DNA of 39,817 bases from a virus. Its lineage: Duplodnaviria > Caudoviricetes. Below are positions 31,930-39,817 of the stretch, one piece after another. Below the pieces are notes generated by a model, which was not told the origin of the DNA, did not search any database, and saw only the letters and a list, made by a program, of their open reading frames with translations. A program made the position numbers and the translations under genes. The stretch covers positions 1 through 39,817 of IMG/VR virus record IMGVR_UViG_3300046380_000002. The stretch is one strand, 5' to 3'. Position 1 is the first letter of the stretch, and every line of letters starts with the position of its first letter.

Positions 31930-32475
31930 ATGACTGAACCTACCCCCGAAATTGCACCCCAGGTTGCGCCTGAGGATTTTGACTTTGATGCGTGGCTGTC
32001 CGATGCCAAGCGGCCGGAACGCTCAGTCACCGTCTATAAGCGTGCTGACTTGCTGGGTGACCTTGATGCGCTTGAGCGGAAGCTTGAAGAGGTGCGCAAC
32101 ATCCCCGAAGAGGATCAGGCGCTGGGAGAATCGCCCGATGGTGTGGAAGCCCAATACCTCGCGCTGTTGCAGCAGTTCCACGATTCCGGGCTGACGATCC
32201 GCGTCCATGGGCTGAACCAGGACGAAATGGACGCCATTGGCAAGGCTGGCAAAGAAGCCAAGGAGACGGACGATGAGGTTGGCCGGCGCCTCATTGAGAA
32301 GGCGCTTGTGTCTCCGAAGCTCAGCTATGAGCAGTTGGGAAATCTGTCTAAGTCGATCGGTGACGCGCAGATGCAGAAGATCGCTACCGCTTACCGGTTG
32401 GCGACATTGCAGGCGCCCGAGGCTACTGCCCCTTTCTCGCGTCGGCCCTCTGGACAAGGAAATGGCCGGGGGTAG
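31930..32475 (+). CDS. Tail assembly chaperone (short form)
   Basis: FD.DAWL.....ERSVTVY.R.DL; position between major tail and tape measure genes. Confidence 0.88.
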   Translation: MTEPTPEIAPQVAPEDFDFDAWLSDAKRPERSVTVYKRADLLGDLDALERKLEEVRNIPEEDQALGESPDGVEAQYLALLQQFHDSGLTIRVHGLNQDEMDAIGKAGKEAKETDDEVGRRLIEKALVSPKLSYEQLGNLSKSIGDAQMQKIATAYRLATLQAPEATAPFSRRPSGQGNGRG

Positions 32476-32846
32476 TTTCCCTCCTGAAGACCGCACGTGA
32501 TTACCGTCAGCCGCCGTCACTGTTTATGGGTGGCGGTGGCGAGTGGACGGTGAAGGATCGGGTCCTTGCGTTGGCGTTTACCGCCTATGAGGATGGCCTT
32601 TGTTCTTGTGGGTATGCGTCACATATTTGTCGGCACCCTGAGAATGACGGCTATTTCGATGTTGATACGACGGTTTGTTATGCGGCCGCTGCCGTTGAAA
32701 CCCACCGTAGCGCCGAAGGGTACAAACCGGATCCTGGCGAGCAGTTGGGTGCTGTCTATACGCGGGAAACTACGGACCCTTTACCGGCGCTCTACAGCAG
32801 CAAGAAGCCGCCGCATGTAGCCGATCGCGATGAGGGCGACACCTAG
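31930..32846 (+). CDS. Tail assembly chaperone, -1 frameshifted long form
   Basis: Slippery heptamer C CCT TTC at 32430-32436; the -1 frame is open from there (LASALWTRKWPGVVSLLKTARDY...) into ORF 32526-32846. Confidence 0.85.
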
Positions 32847-32978
32847 TAGGCCGGGCAAGAAGAACATGCCAATGGTGCCAGCGGCTAATGCGACCACGAT
32901 CCCCAAAATGATCAGCACAATCCCGCACCATGTCATGCCGTGACCGACTGGCTTCGTTTTCGTTTCCGTTGCGCTCAT
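32781..32978 (-). CDS. 65-aa two-TM membrane protein (antisense moron)
   Basis: MSATETKTKPVGHGMTWCGIVLIILGIVVALAAGTIGMFFLPGLLGVALIAIGYMRR...; promoter TTGCGG-17-CACACT 6 nt before ATG. Confidence 0.75.
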   Translation of the reverse strand: MSATETKTKPVGHGMTWCGIVLIILGIVVALAAGTIGMFFLPGLLGVALIAIGYMRRLLAAVERR

Positions 32979-33038
32979 TTGGTCAGTGTGCCACCCCTCA
33001 ATCAGCACCGCAACATATAGCTCAATATTGGAGGCCCC

Positions 33039-36000
33039 GTGGCTGATCGCAGCGTAATTGTTCGGTTGAAGGCGGAGGTTTCCGGGTTTCAGGCGGCCAT
33101 GGCGGCGTCGGGTGCATCTGTGCAGAAGATGCAGGCCGATCTTGAGAAAATGAAGGCCGCGGGTGGCTCTTCTCTGGGCGCGGCGGCGACCGCTGCGGCA
33201 GGGGCTCGCGAAGAACTTATTAAGGTGGGTGCGGCGGCCCAGCAGACTGCGCAGGGTTTTGGACTTGCCTATGACAAGTCTGGGACTCTCCGCAACGGCT
33301 TCGGGCATATTGTCACTGATGCTAAAGCTGCATCTCTCGGGCTCGTCCAAGCGTCGGATGCGACTCGTGAGTTTGCCGCTGAGCAGGCCATTCTAGCCGC
33401 CGAGACTTCCAACGGGACGGCTATGGGCAGGCTCACGGCCTCCGTCGATGCCAATAAGCAGGCGTGGACGGCTTCGGGCATGGCCCTGCTCGGCTTCGGT
33501 GCCGCAGCGCTTGCTGGTGTTGGTTTGGCTGTGAAAGCGTTCTCTGAGTTTGGCGCGAAGATGGCGCAGGTCCAGTCTCTCTCGCATGCTTCGGCGGCTG
33601 AGATGCAAACACTTACCGATGCTGCCTTGCACATGGGCGAGAGCATCGGTTTTAGTGCGACTGAGGTTGCGGACGCTGAGATTGAGCTTGTCAAGGCGGG
33701 CATCTCTGTCAAGGACATCATGGGTGGCGCGCTGGTTGGTTCGCTGACATTGGCGGCTGCCGGGCAGATCAGTGTTGCGGATGCTACTGAGATTGCCACG
33801 ATTGCCATGACCCAGTTTGGCCTTGCCGGTAAGGATATCCCGCACGTCGCTGACCTTCTTGCGGCGGGTGCTGATAAGGCTCTCGGTGGCGTCTCGGAGC
33901 TCGGTTGGGCTTTGAAGACTGGTGGCCTTGTCGCGCATCAGTTTGGCATGTCATTGGATGACACGGTGGGCACGCTGGCCCTGTTCGCTCAGAACGGCCT
34001 CATGGGTGAGGCTGCGGGTACTGACCTGCGTCAGATGCTTCTGAAGCTGGCCGCGCCGTCCAAGACGGCATCTGCCGACATGGAGAAGCTGGGCATGACC
34101 CTGTATGACTCCCAGGGCCATTTCGTGGGCATCACGAGCCTTGCGGGCCAGCTGCACGACAAGATGCAGAACCTGTCCGAGTCTGAGCGCAACGCCATGG
34201 AAGCGCACATCTTCGGGGCCCGGTCCATCGTCGGCGCGAACATTCTCTACCAGGCTGGCGCGAAGGGTGTCCAGGGCTGGATCGATGCTGTGAATGACAG
34301 CGGGTTCGCGGCGAAGCAGGCCGCGGGCAAGATGGATTCGATGTCTGGCGACGTGAAGAAGCTTCAGGCCGCTTGGCAGACTTCCATGATTGAGATGGGC
34401 TCGACGTCGGATAGCTTTGTCCGGCCCGTCATTCAGGGCGTCACGCAGGTCATCCAGGGCTTCGAGAAACTGCCCGAGCCGGTCAAGGGCGCGATTCTTG
34501 GCTTCGGCGCCGTGGTGGGTGTCGCCGCATTGCTTGGTGGCGCGTTCCTGACCATCACGCCCAAGGTGCTGGATGTCATCAGCGGATTCAAGCAGTTGCA
34601 GGCTGACGGCTCCAAGGTTGCCAGCACATTCGGTTCTATCGCCAAGTATGCGGGCATTGCTGCCGCCGCCATTGCGCTGGCAAACGCTGCGGCCATGGCT
34701 ATGACGGCCGGCGACGCTAAGGCCCAGTCCGCGGACGCATCTGCGCAGGCGCTCATGAAGCTGTCCAAGGCTGGCGAATCTACGGCAAAGGTTTTTAGTC
34801 AGGACTTCTTCAAGAACGCAAACGGTTTCCAGATCGGCGGTTTTGAGAAGGACATCAATGGGGTTGGTGATGCTCTCCATAAGCTGAACAACCCGAGCGC
34901 ATATGACCACTTCAACGATTTCGCGTCGAGCATTCTGCCCGCTGGCGATTATCAGATGAAGGAAGTCCGCACGTCAATAGCGAATATTGACGGGGCGATG
35001 ACGAACTTCGCCACTTCGGGAAGCATGGACATCGCCGCGCAGGGTTTCCGGCAGATCGCGGCAGAGGGCGCCAAGCAGGGTGTGTCGCTGAAGCAGACGG
35101 CGGATTCTTTCCCCCAGTACATCAACGCTTTGAGGCAGCAGGCCACGCAGGCGAAGGTGACTCTGTCTGATCAGGAGTTGCTGGACTGGGCTATGGGTAA
35201 GGTGCCCGCGCAGATGGCTGCTGCGACGGCCAGCTATGGCACGTATCAGGACGCTTTGGGTGCGTCGCAGGCGGTCACTGCCGACATGTCTAAGGCCCTA
35301 GCGGCTGTGGGGCTTTCCGCTGATGGCACGGTGTTGTCGATGGACAAGCTGATTTCGTCATTCGCGCAGGCTGGCCTGATTAGCTTGTCGGCTGATGGTG
35401 CGGCGATTGCGTATCACAAGGCGCTCGATGATTTGACGGCGTCGGTGGCGAAGAACGGTTCGACGCTTGACATCAACACTGAGGCTGGCCGGGCGAACCG
35501 GACGGCATTGGATGCTATTGCGTCGTCTGGTCTGGCTGTGGTGCAGGCGAACGCTAAGAACAATGATTCGCAGCAGTCCCTGACGAAGAACATGCACGAA
35601 ACCTATGATGCGCTGATCAACGGCGCCGCACAGTTCGGCATCACCGGGGACGCGGCGGACACTCTGGCACGCAAAGCCCTCGGTATCCCCAAGGGCATCA
35701 AGATTGACTCCGCGATTCAGAACTACATCGACACCATGCTGAAGATGGAAGGCATCGGCAGCGAGGCGGACAAGCTCAACGGTAAGACCGTGGATTTGTG
35801 GGTAAACACGCACAACAACACGATCTACTCCGACACGCACGTTTCCAGTGGTGTGGGTGGTGGTGGCGGGCAGTCGAAGTTCGCTATTGGTGGCGCTGTG
35901 ATGGGCGCGGGCTCGGGTACGTCGGATGAGGTGCCGGCGCTCCTGTCCAATGGTGAGCATGTCCTCACTGCTGACGAGGTCCAGAAGATGGGCGGCCAGA

Positions 36001-37283
36001 ATGCTGTCTATCGGTTTCGGCAGCTCGTGGATAAGGGCGAGGTCCCGAAGTTCGCTAAGGGCGGCGCTGTCTACTACAACTCGCCGGGGCACATGCACGA
36101 GTCGGCGTCGGCCCACGCAAACCGGTTGTACCGGGAAGCTCAGGCCAGGACGAAAGCGGCGGCGGCGGCGAAGGCTAAAGCGGCAAAGGCTCGCGCTAAG
36201 GAGCTCGCAAAGTCTGCGACCTACCGATCCGGTGAGCTGAACACTCTCGCTCTGGATGATGCGCGAGGCCAGTCTTACGGCACGGTGAACCAGTCCCTGT
36301 CTCAGGGATATGCGTTCTCGGACCGTTTGCGTGGTGTTGCGGCCAGTGGAAACCTGCCGTCGCAGGTGGGTTTCTTGAACGCTACAGCGAACCAGGCGGA
36401 CGCGACACTTCGCAGCTTGTGGGCGCAGTCTGACCGTCTGGGCAAGTCGCTGACGGTGGCACAGACACGCCTCACGGACCTCACGAACGTGAAGACTGCA
36501 GTGTCGTCATCGCTGCGGGGCGAATTCAAACTCTCCGACGTGATCAGCAACACGTCGATGTTTGGTGTCCCGAACATTGCTGATGTGCAGGCGGCAGCGT
36601 CCGCGAAGCTTCATAAGATCCAGGCGTTCGGGGTGAAGCTGAAGGCGCTGCAGAAGATGGGCTACTCGGGTGCGATCGTCCAGGAAGTTGCTGGCATGGG
36701 GTCAGAGCAAGGTGCTGTGGCGGCGGACGCGCTCATTGGGGCATCCAACGCTCAGGTCACCACACTGAACGGCACCTACACTGCCATGGACTCAGCGTCG
36801 GATGCGGCTGGCATCTACGTCACGAACTCCATGTTCAAGGGCGGCGTGGCTGTCGCGCAGGGCATCGTGTCAGGGCTGCAGTCGCAAGAGTCTGCGATCA
36901 CTAAGGCAATGACGCAGGTGGGCTTGTCGATGGAGAAAGCGTTGAAGAAGGCGCTCGGCATCAACTCGCCTTCCCGTGTGGCTACGGACATCACGGACAA
37001 CTTCACGGGCACCATCATTGACCGGCAGAAAGCGGCATTGGGTCCTATCGGCGCTCATGCCACGGCTATGGGTCATGCCATGACTCCGTCGAAGTCGCTG
37101 CTGGGTGGTAGCGGGTCTACGGCTTACCGGCCGTCCGCGCCGTCCTATCAGGGTGCGCCCAGCTACCAAGCTGCCGCGGCCAGCCGCCCGTCAGTGACCA
37201 TCATCAACCACATCACGGGCCAGTCAAACCCTGTCGCGACCGCACATGAAGTGACCCGCCGACAAACCGCACTCGCGGTCTAG
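33039..37283 (+). CDS. Tape measure protein (TP901/PhageMin_Tail type)
   Basis: 1414 aa, Ala-rich helical; RSV.VRL.A.VS; FSATEVA.A..EL.KAG; GSGTSD.VPA.LSNGE.V; LGI.SPS.V. Confidence 0.96.
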   Translation: MADRSVIVRLKAEVSGFQAAMAASGASVQKMQADLEKMKAAGGSSLGAAATAAAGAREELIKVGAAAQQTAQGFGLAYDKSGTLRNGFGHIVTDAKAASLGLVQASDATREFAAEQAILAAETSNGTAMGRLTASVDANKQAWTASGMALLGFGAAALAGVGLAVKAFSEFGAKMAQVQSLSHASAAEMQTLTDAALHMGESIGFSATEVADAEIELVKAGISVKDIMGGALVGSLTLAAAGQISVADATEIATIAMTQFGLAGKDIPHVADLLAAGADKALGGVSELGWALKTGGLVAHQFGMSLDDTVGTLALFAQNGLMGEAAGTDLRQMLLKLAAPSKTASADMEKLGMTLYDSQGHFVGITSLAGQLHDKMQNLSESERNAMEAHIFGARSIVGANILYQAGAKGVQGWIDAVNDSGFAAKQAAGKMDSMSGDVKKLQAAWQTSMIEMGSTSDSFVRPVIQGVTQVIQGFEKLPEPVKGAILGFGAVVGVAALLGGAFLTITPKVLDVISGFKQLQADGSKVASTFGSIAKYAGIAAAAIALANAAAMAMTAGDAKAQSADASAQALMKLSKAGESTAKVFSQDFFKNANGFQIGGFEKDINGVGDALHKLNNPSAYDHFNDFASSILPAGDYQMKEVRTSIANIDGAMTNFATSGSMDIAAQGFRQIAAEGAKQGVSLKQTADSFPQYINALRQQATQAKVTLSDQELLDWAMGKVPAQMAAATASYGTYQDALGASQAVTADMSKALAAVGLSADGTVLSMDKLISSFAQAGLISLSADGAAIAYHKALDDLTASVAKNGSTLDINTEAGRANRTALDAIASSGLAVVQANAKNNDSQQSLTKNMHETYDALINGAAQFGITGDAADTLARKALGIPKGIKIDSAIQNYIDTMLKMEGIGSEADKLNGKTVDLWVNTHNNTIYSDTHVSSGVGGGGGQSKFAIGGAVMGAGSGTSDEVPALLSNGEHVLTADEVQKMGGQNAVYRFRQLVDKGEVPKFAKGGAVYYNSPGHMHESASAHANRLYREAQARTKAAAAAKAKAAKARAKELAKSATYRSGELNTLALDDARGQSYGTVNQSLSQGYAFSDRLRGVAASGNLPSQVGFLNATANQADATLRSLWAQSDRLGKSLTVAQTRLTDLTNVKTAVSSSLRGEFKLSDVISNTSMFGVPNIADVQAAASAKLHKIQAFGVKLKALQKMGYSGAIVQEVAGMGSEQGAVAADALIGASNAQVTTLNGTYTAMDSASDAAGIYVTNSMFKGGVAVAQGIVSGLQSQESAITKAMTQVGLSMEKALKKALGINSPSRVATDITDNFTGTIIDRQKAALGPIGAHATAMGHAMTPSKSLLGGSGSTAYRPSAPSYQGAPSYQAAAASRPSVTIINHITGQSNPVATAHEVTRRQTALAV

Positions 37284-37299
37284 CAGAGAAGGAGCCGGG

Positions 37300-38208
37300 A
37301 TGAACTTCCCCCAACCCATCGTTTATCCCGACTCCACTCTCTACCCAGACTTCGGCCAACCCGTAACTGAGGGGCGGAAGATCTCCCTCGGTGGCTTTGT
37401 CCTCGGATCCGTGGACGGCTTCGGTGTTGGTTGGACGATCACGAAGTTTGATGGGTGGGGGTCACCTCAGTCAAACGTGAACTTCACCACCCGGGGGCGG
37501 GGGCATGGCGCGACGTCAACGGATCCGTATCACTCTCCCCGGTTCATGACGATTGAGGGTCTGGTGTCAGCGCCGGACTTGGCTGGTCTGGATGCCGCAT
37601 TTTATAGGCTGGCCGCGGCGGTGACACTGGGTCAGTTTCAGATGGTTGTTGCTGAGGCTGCGGGGGTGAAGCAGGTAGCGGCACAACGGCAGGGTGAAGT
37701 CATCACCACGTACCTGTCTAACAAGCTCGGCAAGTACAGCATCCTCATCGCGGCTAAGGATCCGTTCAAGTACGGTGACGCGATCACAGCATCTACCGCC
37801 CTCCCATCGTCCTCGGGTGGGTTGACGTACCCGATCACGTACCCGCTGGTCTACACGGGCGTATCGACGTCAGGTGTCATTAGCATCAGAAACCCTGGCT
37901 CTGACCCGTCGCCGGTCTACCTGCGCATTGACGGTGCCATACCTGCGGGCGGGTGGTCTGTGAACCATCTTGGGCAGCAGGTCACTCTTTCCTTTGCGTC
38001 GTCCCTGGCGTTGGGTGCTGGCGAATTCGTGACTGTGGATATGCAGCGCCGGGAAGTCCTCGCGCAGGGTCAAGCGGCACGTAACGGGTACGTCACGAGC
38101 CGCGGATGGTTCCTGCTTGATCCGGGCCGGAATGACATCTCCTTCTCATCCGTCGCCTATGACCCGACAGCACTATTGACACTCACCACCTACCCGGCTT
38201 GGAGCTGA
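37300..38208 (+). CDS. Distal tail (Dit)-like minor tail protein
   Basis: Follows the tape measure gene; GW.SP, A.DP.KY, GG..YP..YP, N.G, W..L.PG.N, C-terminal AW. Confidence 0.85.
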   Translation: MNFPQPIVYPDSTLYPDFGQPVTEGRKISLGGFVLGSVDGFGVGWTITKFDGWGSPQSNVNFTTRGRGHGATSTDPYHSPRFMTIEGLVSAPDLAGLDAAFYRLAAAVTLGQFQMVVAEAAGVKQVAAQRQGEVITTYLSNKLGKYSILIAAKDPFKYGDAITASTALPSSSGGLTYPITYPLVYTGVSTSGVISIRNPGSDPSPVYLRIDGAIPAGGWSVNHLGQQVTLSFASSLALGAGEFVTVDMQRREVLAQGQAARNGYVTSRGWFLLDPGRNDISFSSVAYDPTALLTLTTYPAWS

Positions 38209-38209
38209 T

Positions 38210-39274
38210 ATGACGATCACAGTCCTTCCCATGGACGCCACGGCGGGTGCGCCCGCCTATTCGGCGCTGAATGCGCGGCAGGCTCAGTCCGCGGTCTATG
38301 GCGCACCTGCCGGTGTTTTCTCTGCCCGCTCAGGCTGGCGCGTCGGGACCCCTAACAGCGTTGTTTCTGTCACGTCACTACTGTGGACGCTAAACCCGTG
38401 CGCCGCGATTATCTCCCCAGCAGCGGTCCTCTACCAGGGCAGTTACGGGTGGGCTACCGATCAGGCCGTAACGGGTGCAGTGACGCCGGCTGACGGAACC
38501 AACCCGCGCCTGGACATCCTCTACATCCAGATCAACGATTCCAGCGCAGGGGACGGATCTGGGGCGCTGTCGGCCCCTGTCCAGTACTTGGCTGGTGCCG
38601 CTACAGCGACCCCCGTTGCTCCCACGCTGCCTGTGCGGTCATTTCTGGTGGCGACAATCGCGGTTCCGAAGGCTGGCGGCGGCGCCCCTACGGTGACATT
38701 GAATCAGAAGTTCTTTGTCGCGGCCGGCGCAGCGGTGCCCGTGTTCTCGAAGGCTGAACGGGATGCCCTGACGCCTTACGCTAGCCTGAGCGTGATCCGT
38801 CTTGATGTCCCTGGCGCGCCCGTGCAGATCTATGACGGCACCGCATGGAAGACGCAGGCCCACAACGTCAAGACCATGTTCAACAACACGAGCATGGTAA
38901 ACCAGGGCGGCACGGCGTCACGCATGGTCTGTGACCTTGGATCGGCGGCGGTTCCGTATGACCGGATCATGACCGCCAATGCTGTCTGCGCTATCACCCC
39001 GGCATCCATTGCAACAGGCGTATCCACCGTCTACGTGTCCACGTCTCTGATGCAGTCCGCGGTGAGTGGCTCGCAAGGGTATGCGCCAATCTCGTGGACG
39101 GCGCCGGGATCCTACATTCTGGGTGCTTTCGCCACGACCGGTGAGATCCTTGTCCCGGCCGGTACCGTACCACTGGCCCGGCTCTGGGTGAATGTCATCA
39201 CTGGCTCGATCACCACGACCGTATCCGCAGATGCGAGACTCACCCAGTTCTGGACTGAGGAGTACCCCGCGTAA
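38210..39274 (+). CDS. Minor tail protein
   Basis: AD.TNPR.D, Y.AG.....P.AP..P, LA.I.VP, V.S..ERDAL motifs of actinophage tail proteins. Confidence 0.8.
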   Translation: MTITVLPMDATAGAPAYSALNARQAQSAVYGAPAGVFSARSGWRVGTPNSVVSVTSLLWTLNPCAAIISPAAVLYQGSYGWATDQAVTGAVTPADGTNPRLDILYIQINDSSAGDGSGALSAPVQYLAGAATATPVAPTLPVRSFLVATIAVPKAGGGAPTVTLNQKFFVAAGAAVPVFSKAERDALTPYASLSVIRLDVPGAPVQIYDGTAWKTQAHNVKTMFNNTSMVNQGGTASRMVCDLGSAAVPYDRIMTANAVCAITPASIATGVSTVYVSTSLMQSAVSGSQGYAPISWTAPGSYILGAFATTGEILVPAGTVPLARLWVNVITGSITTTVSADARLTQFWTEEYPA

Positions 39275-39627
39275 TGGATAACGACCTGACCCCCCGCGCC
39301 GCTGAATCCATTCCCGTCGTCCTCGCCCGCATGGAAGGCAAACTCGACCGGGTAAACGACAAGGTAGACAACATTGTGCCCCGGGTACAAAGGCTTGAAG
39401 ACCGGGTGGACATGCTTGAAAACGACACTTTGGTCCTCAAGAAGGATGCCGAAGCGGAGGAAGCGAAGAAGATTGCCCTCGCCCTCGCGCTGAAGGAAGC
39501 CGACGAGACTCGACGCAATCAGTCCGAGCAGACATGGACCCCGGTCCAACGGTTCATGGCAGTACTCGGTGTCGTCGCCGCCGTCGTAACGCTCGGCATC
39601 TACCTCTACGCAACGATCCACGGATAG
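39274..39627 (+). CDS. Lysis-cassette membrane protein (coiled coil + C-terminal TM)
   Basis: LARMEGKLD...RVQRLEDRV coiled coil; FMAVLGVVAAVVTLGIYLY TM; directly upstream of the endolysin. Confidence 0.75.
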   Translation: MDNDLTPRAAESIPVVLARMEGKLDRVNDKVDNIVPRVQRLEDRVDMLENDTLVLKKDAEAEEAKKIALALALKEADETRRNQSEQTWTPVQRFMAVLGVVAAVVTLGIYLYATIHG

Positions 39628-39817
39628 GAGGCGACATGACCTACAACCTTGACGAGTCCCATAACTCGCGCAACTTCACGCCGGCCAGTCAGGTCCCTGC
39701 CACGTTCGGTTACCCGCGCACGGTCAAGTGGATCACTATCCACCACTGGGGCGACAACGGCCAGCAGTTCGATGTCGTGCGCGACTACCTGTGTACCAAC
39801 ACCACGCCAACATCCGC
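39571..39817 (+). repeat. Terminal overlap, right copy (contains the intact endolysin start at 39636)
   Basis: Matches 1-245 with 2 extra bp. Confidence 0.95.

Larger units (their letters stand above)
1..39817. mobile_element. Complete temperate siphovirus genome (actinobacteriophage, circularly permuted assembly)
   Basis: Full packaging, head, tail, lysis, integration, immunity and replication modules; intact attP; the two ends overlap. Confidence 0.97.

Noticed and set aside
39571-39817. Terminal repeat as a biological direct terminal repeat
   Set aside because: It falls mid lysis cassette, and P27-type TerS plus HNH point to cos ends near 22.4 kb; best explained as assembly overlap.

Overview
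The window is a complete, circularly permuted genome (about 39.57 kb; 39571-39817 repeats 1-245) of a temperate siphovirus of high-GC Actinobacteria. The host is most likely Arthrobacter/Micrococcaceae, inferred from gene content. Gene order from the putative cos (~22.4 kb): terS, terL, portal, head maturation protein, scaffold, capsid, head-tail connectors, major tail protein, -1 frameshifted tail chaperone, tape measure, Dit, minor tail protein, then a lysis cassette embedded in the tail module, more tail genes including a beta-helix tail spike, attP (3' part of tRNA-Met CAT), tyrosine integrase, repressor/cro/xis switch, SMC-like ATPase, RecE-like exonuclease, C5 methylase-like protein, duplicated Rep-like domains, an iteron origin, NrdH and an HTH late regulator. 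Three antisense morons encode envelope proteins: a Wzy/O-antigen ligase-like protein, a secreted Pro-rich protein and a 65-aa membrane protein. The most unusual feature is an ~860-nt structured non-coding region at the head of the late operon (21090-21950). It holds three tandem tRNA-shaped elements that keep acceptor and T arms (two also keep a D arm) but lack a usable anticodon. Several other candidate RNA-level controls are present: a shared 19-mer, a recurrent terminator tail, an anti-RBS loop after the major tail gene, and an ATC-start HNH gene. All calls come from manual reading of the sequence; no database searches were run.
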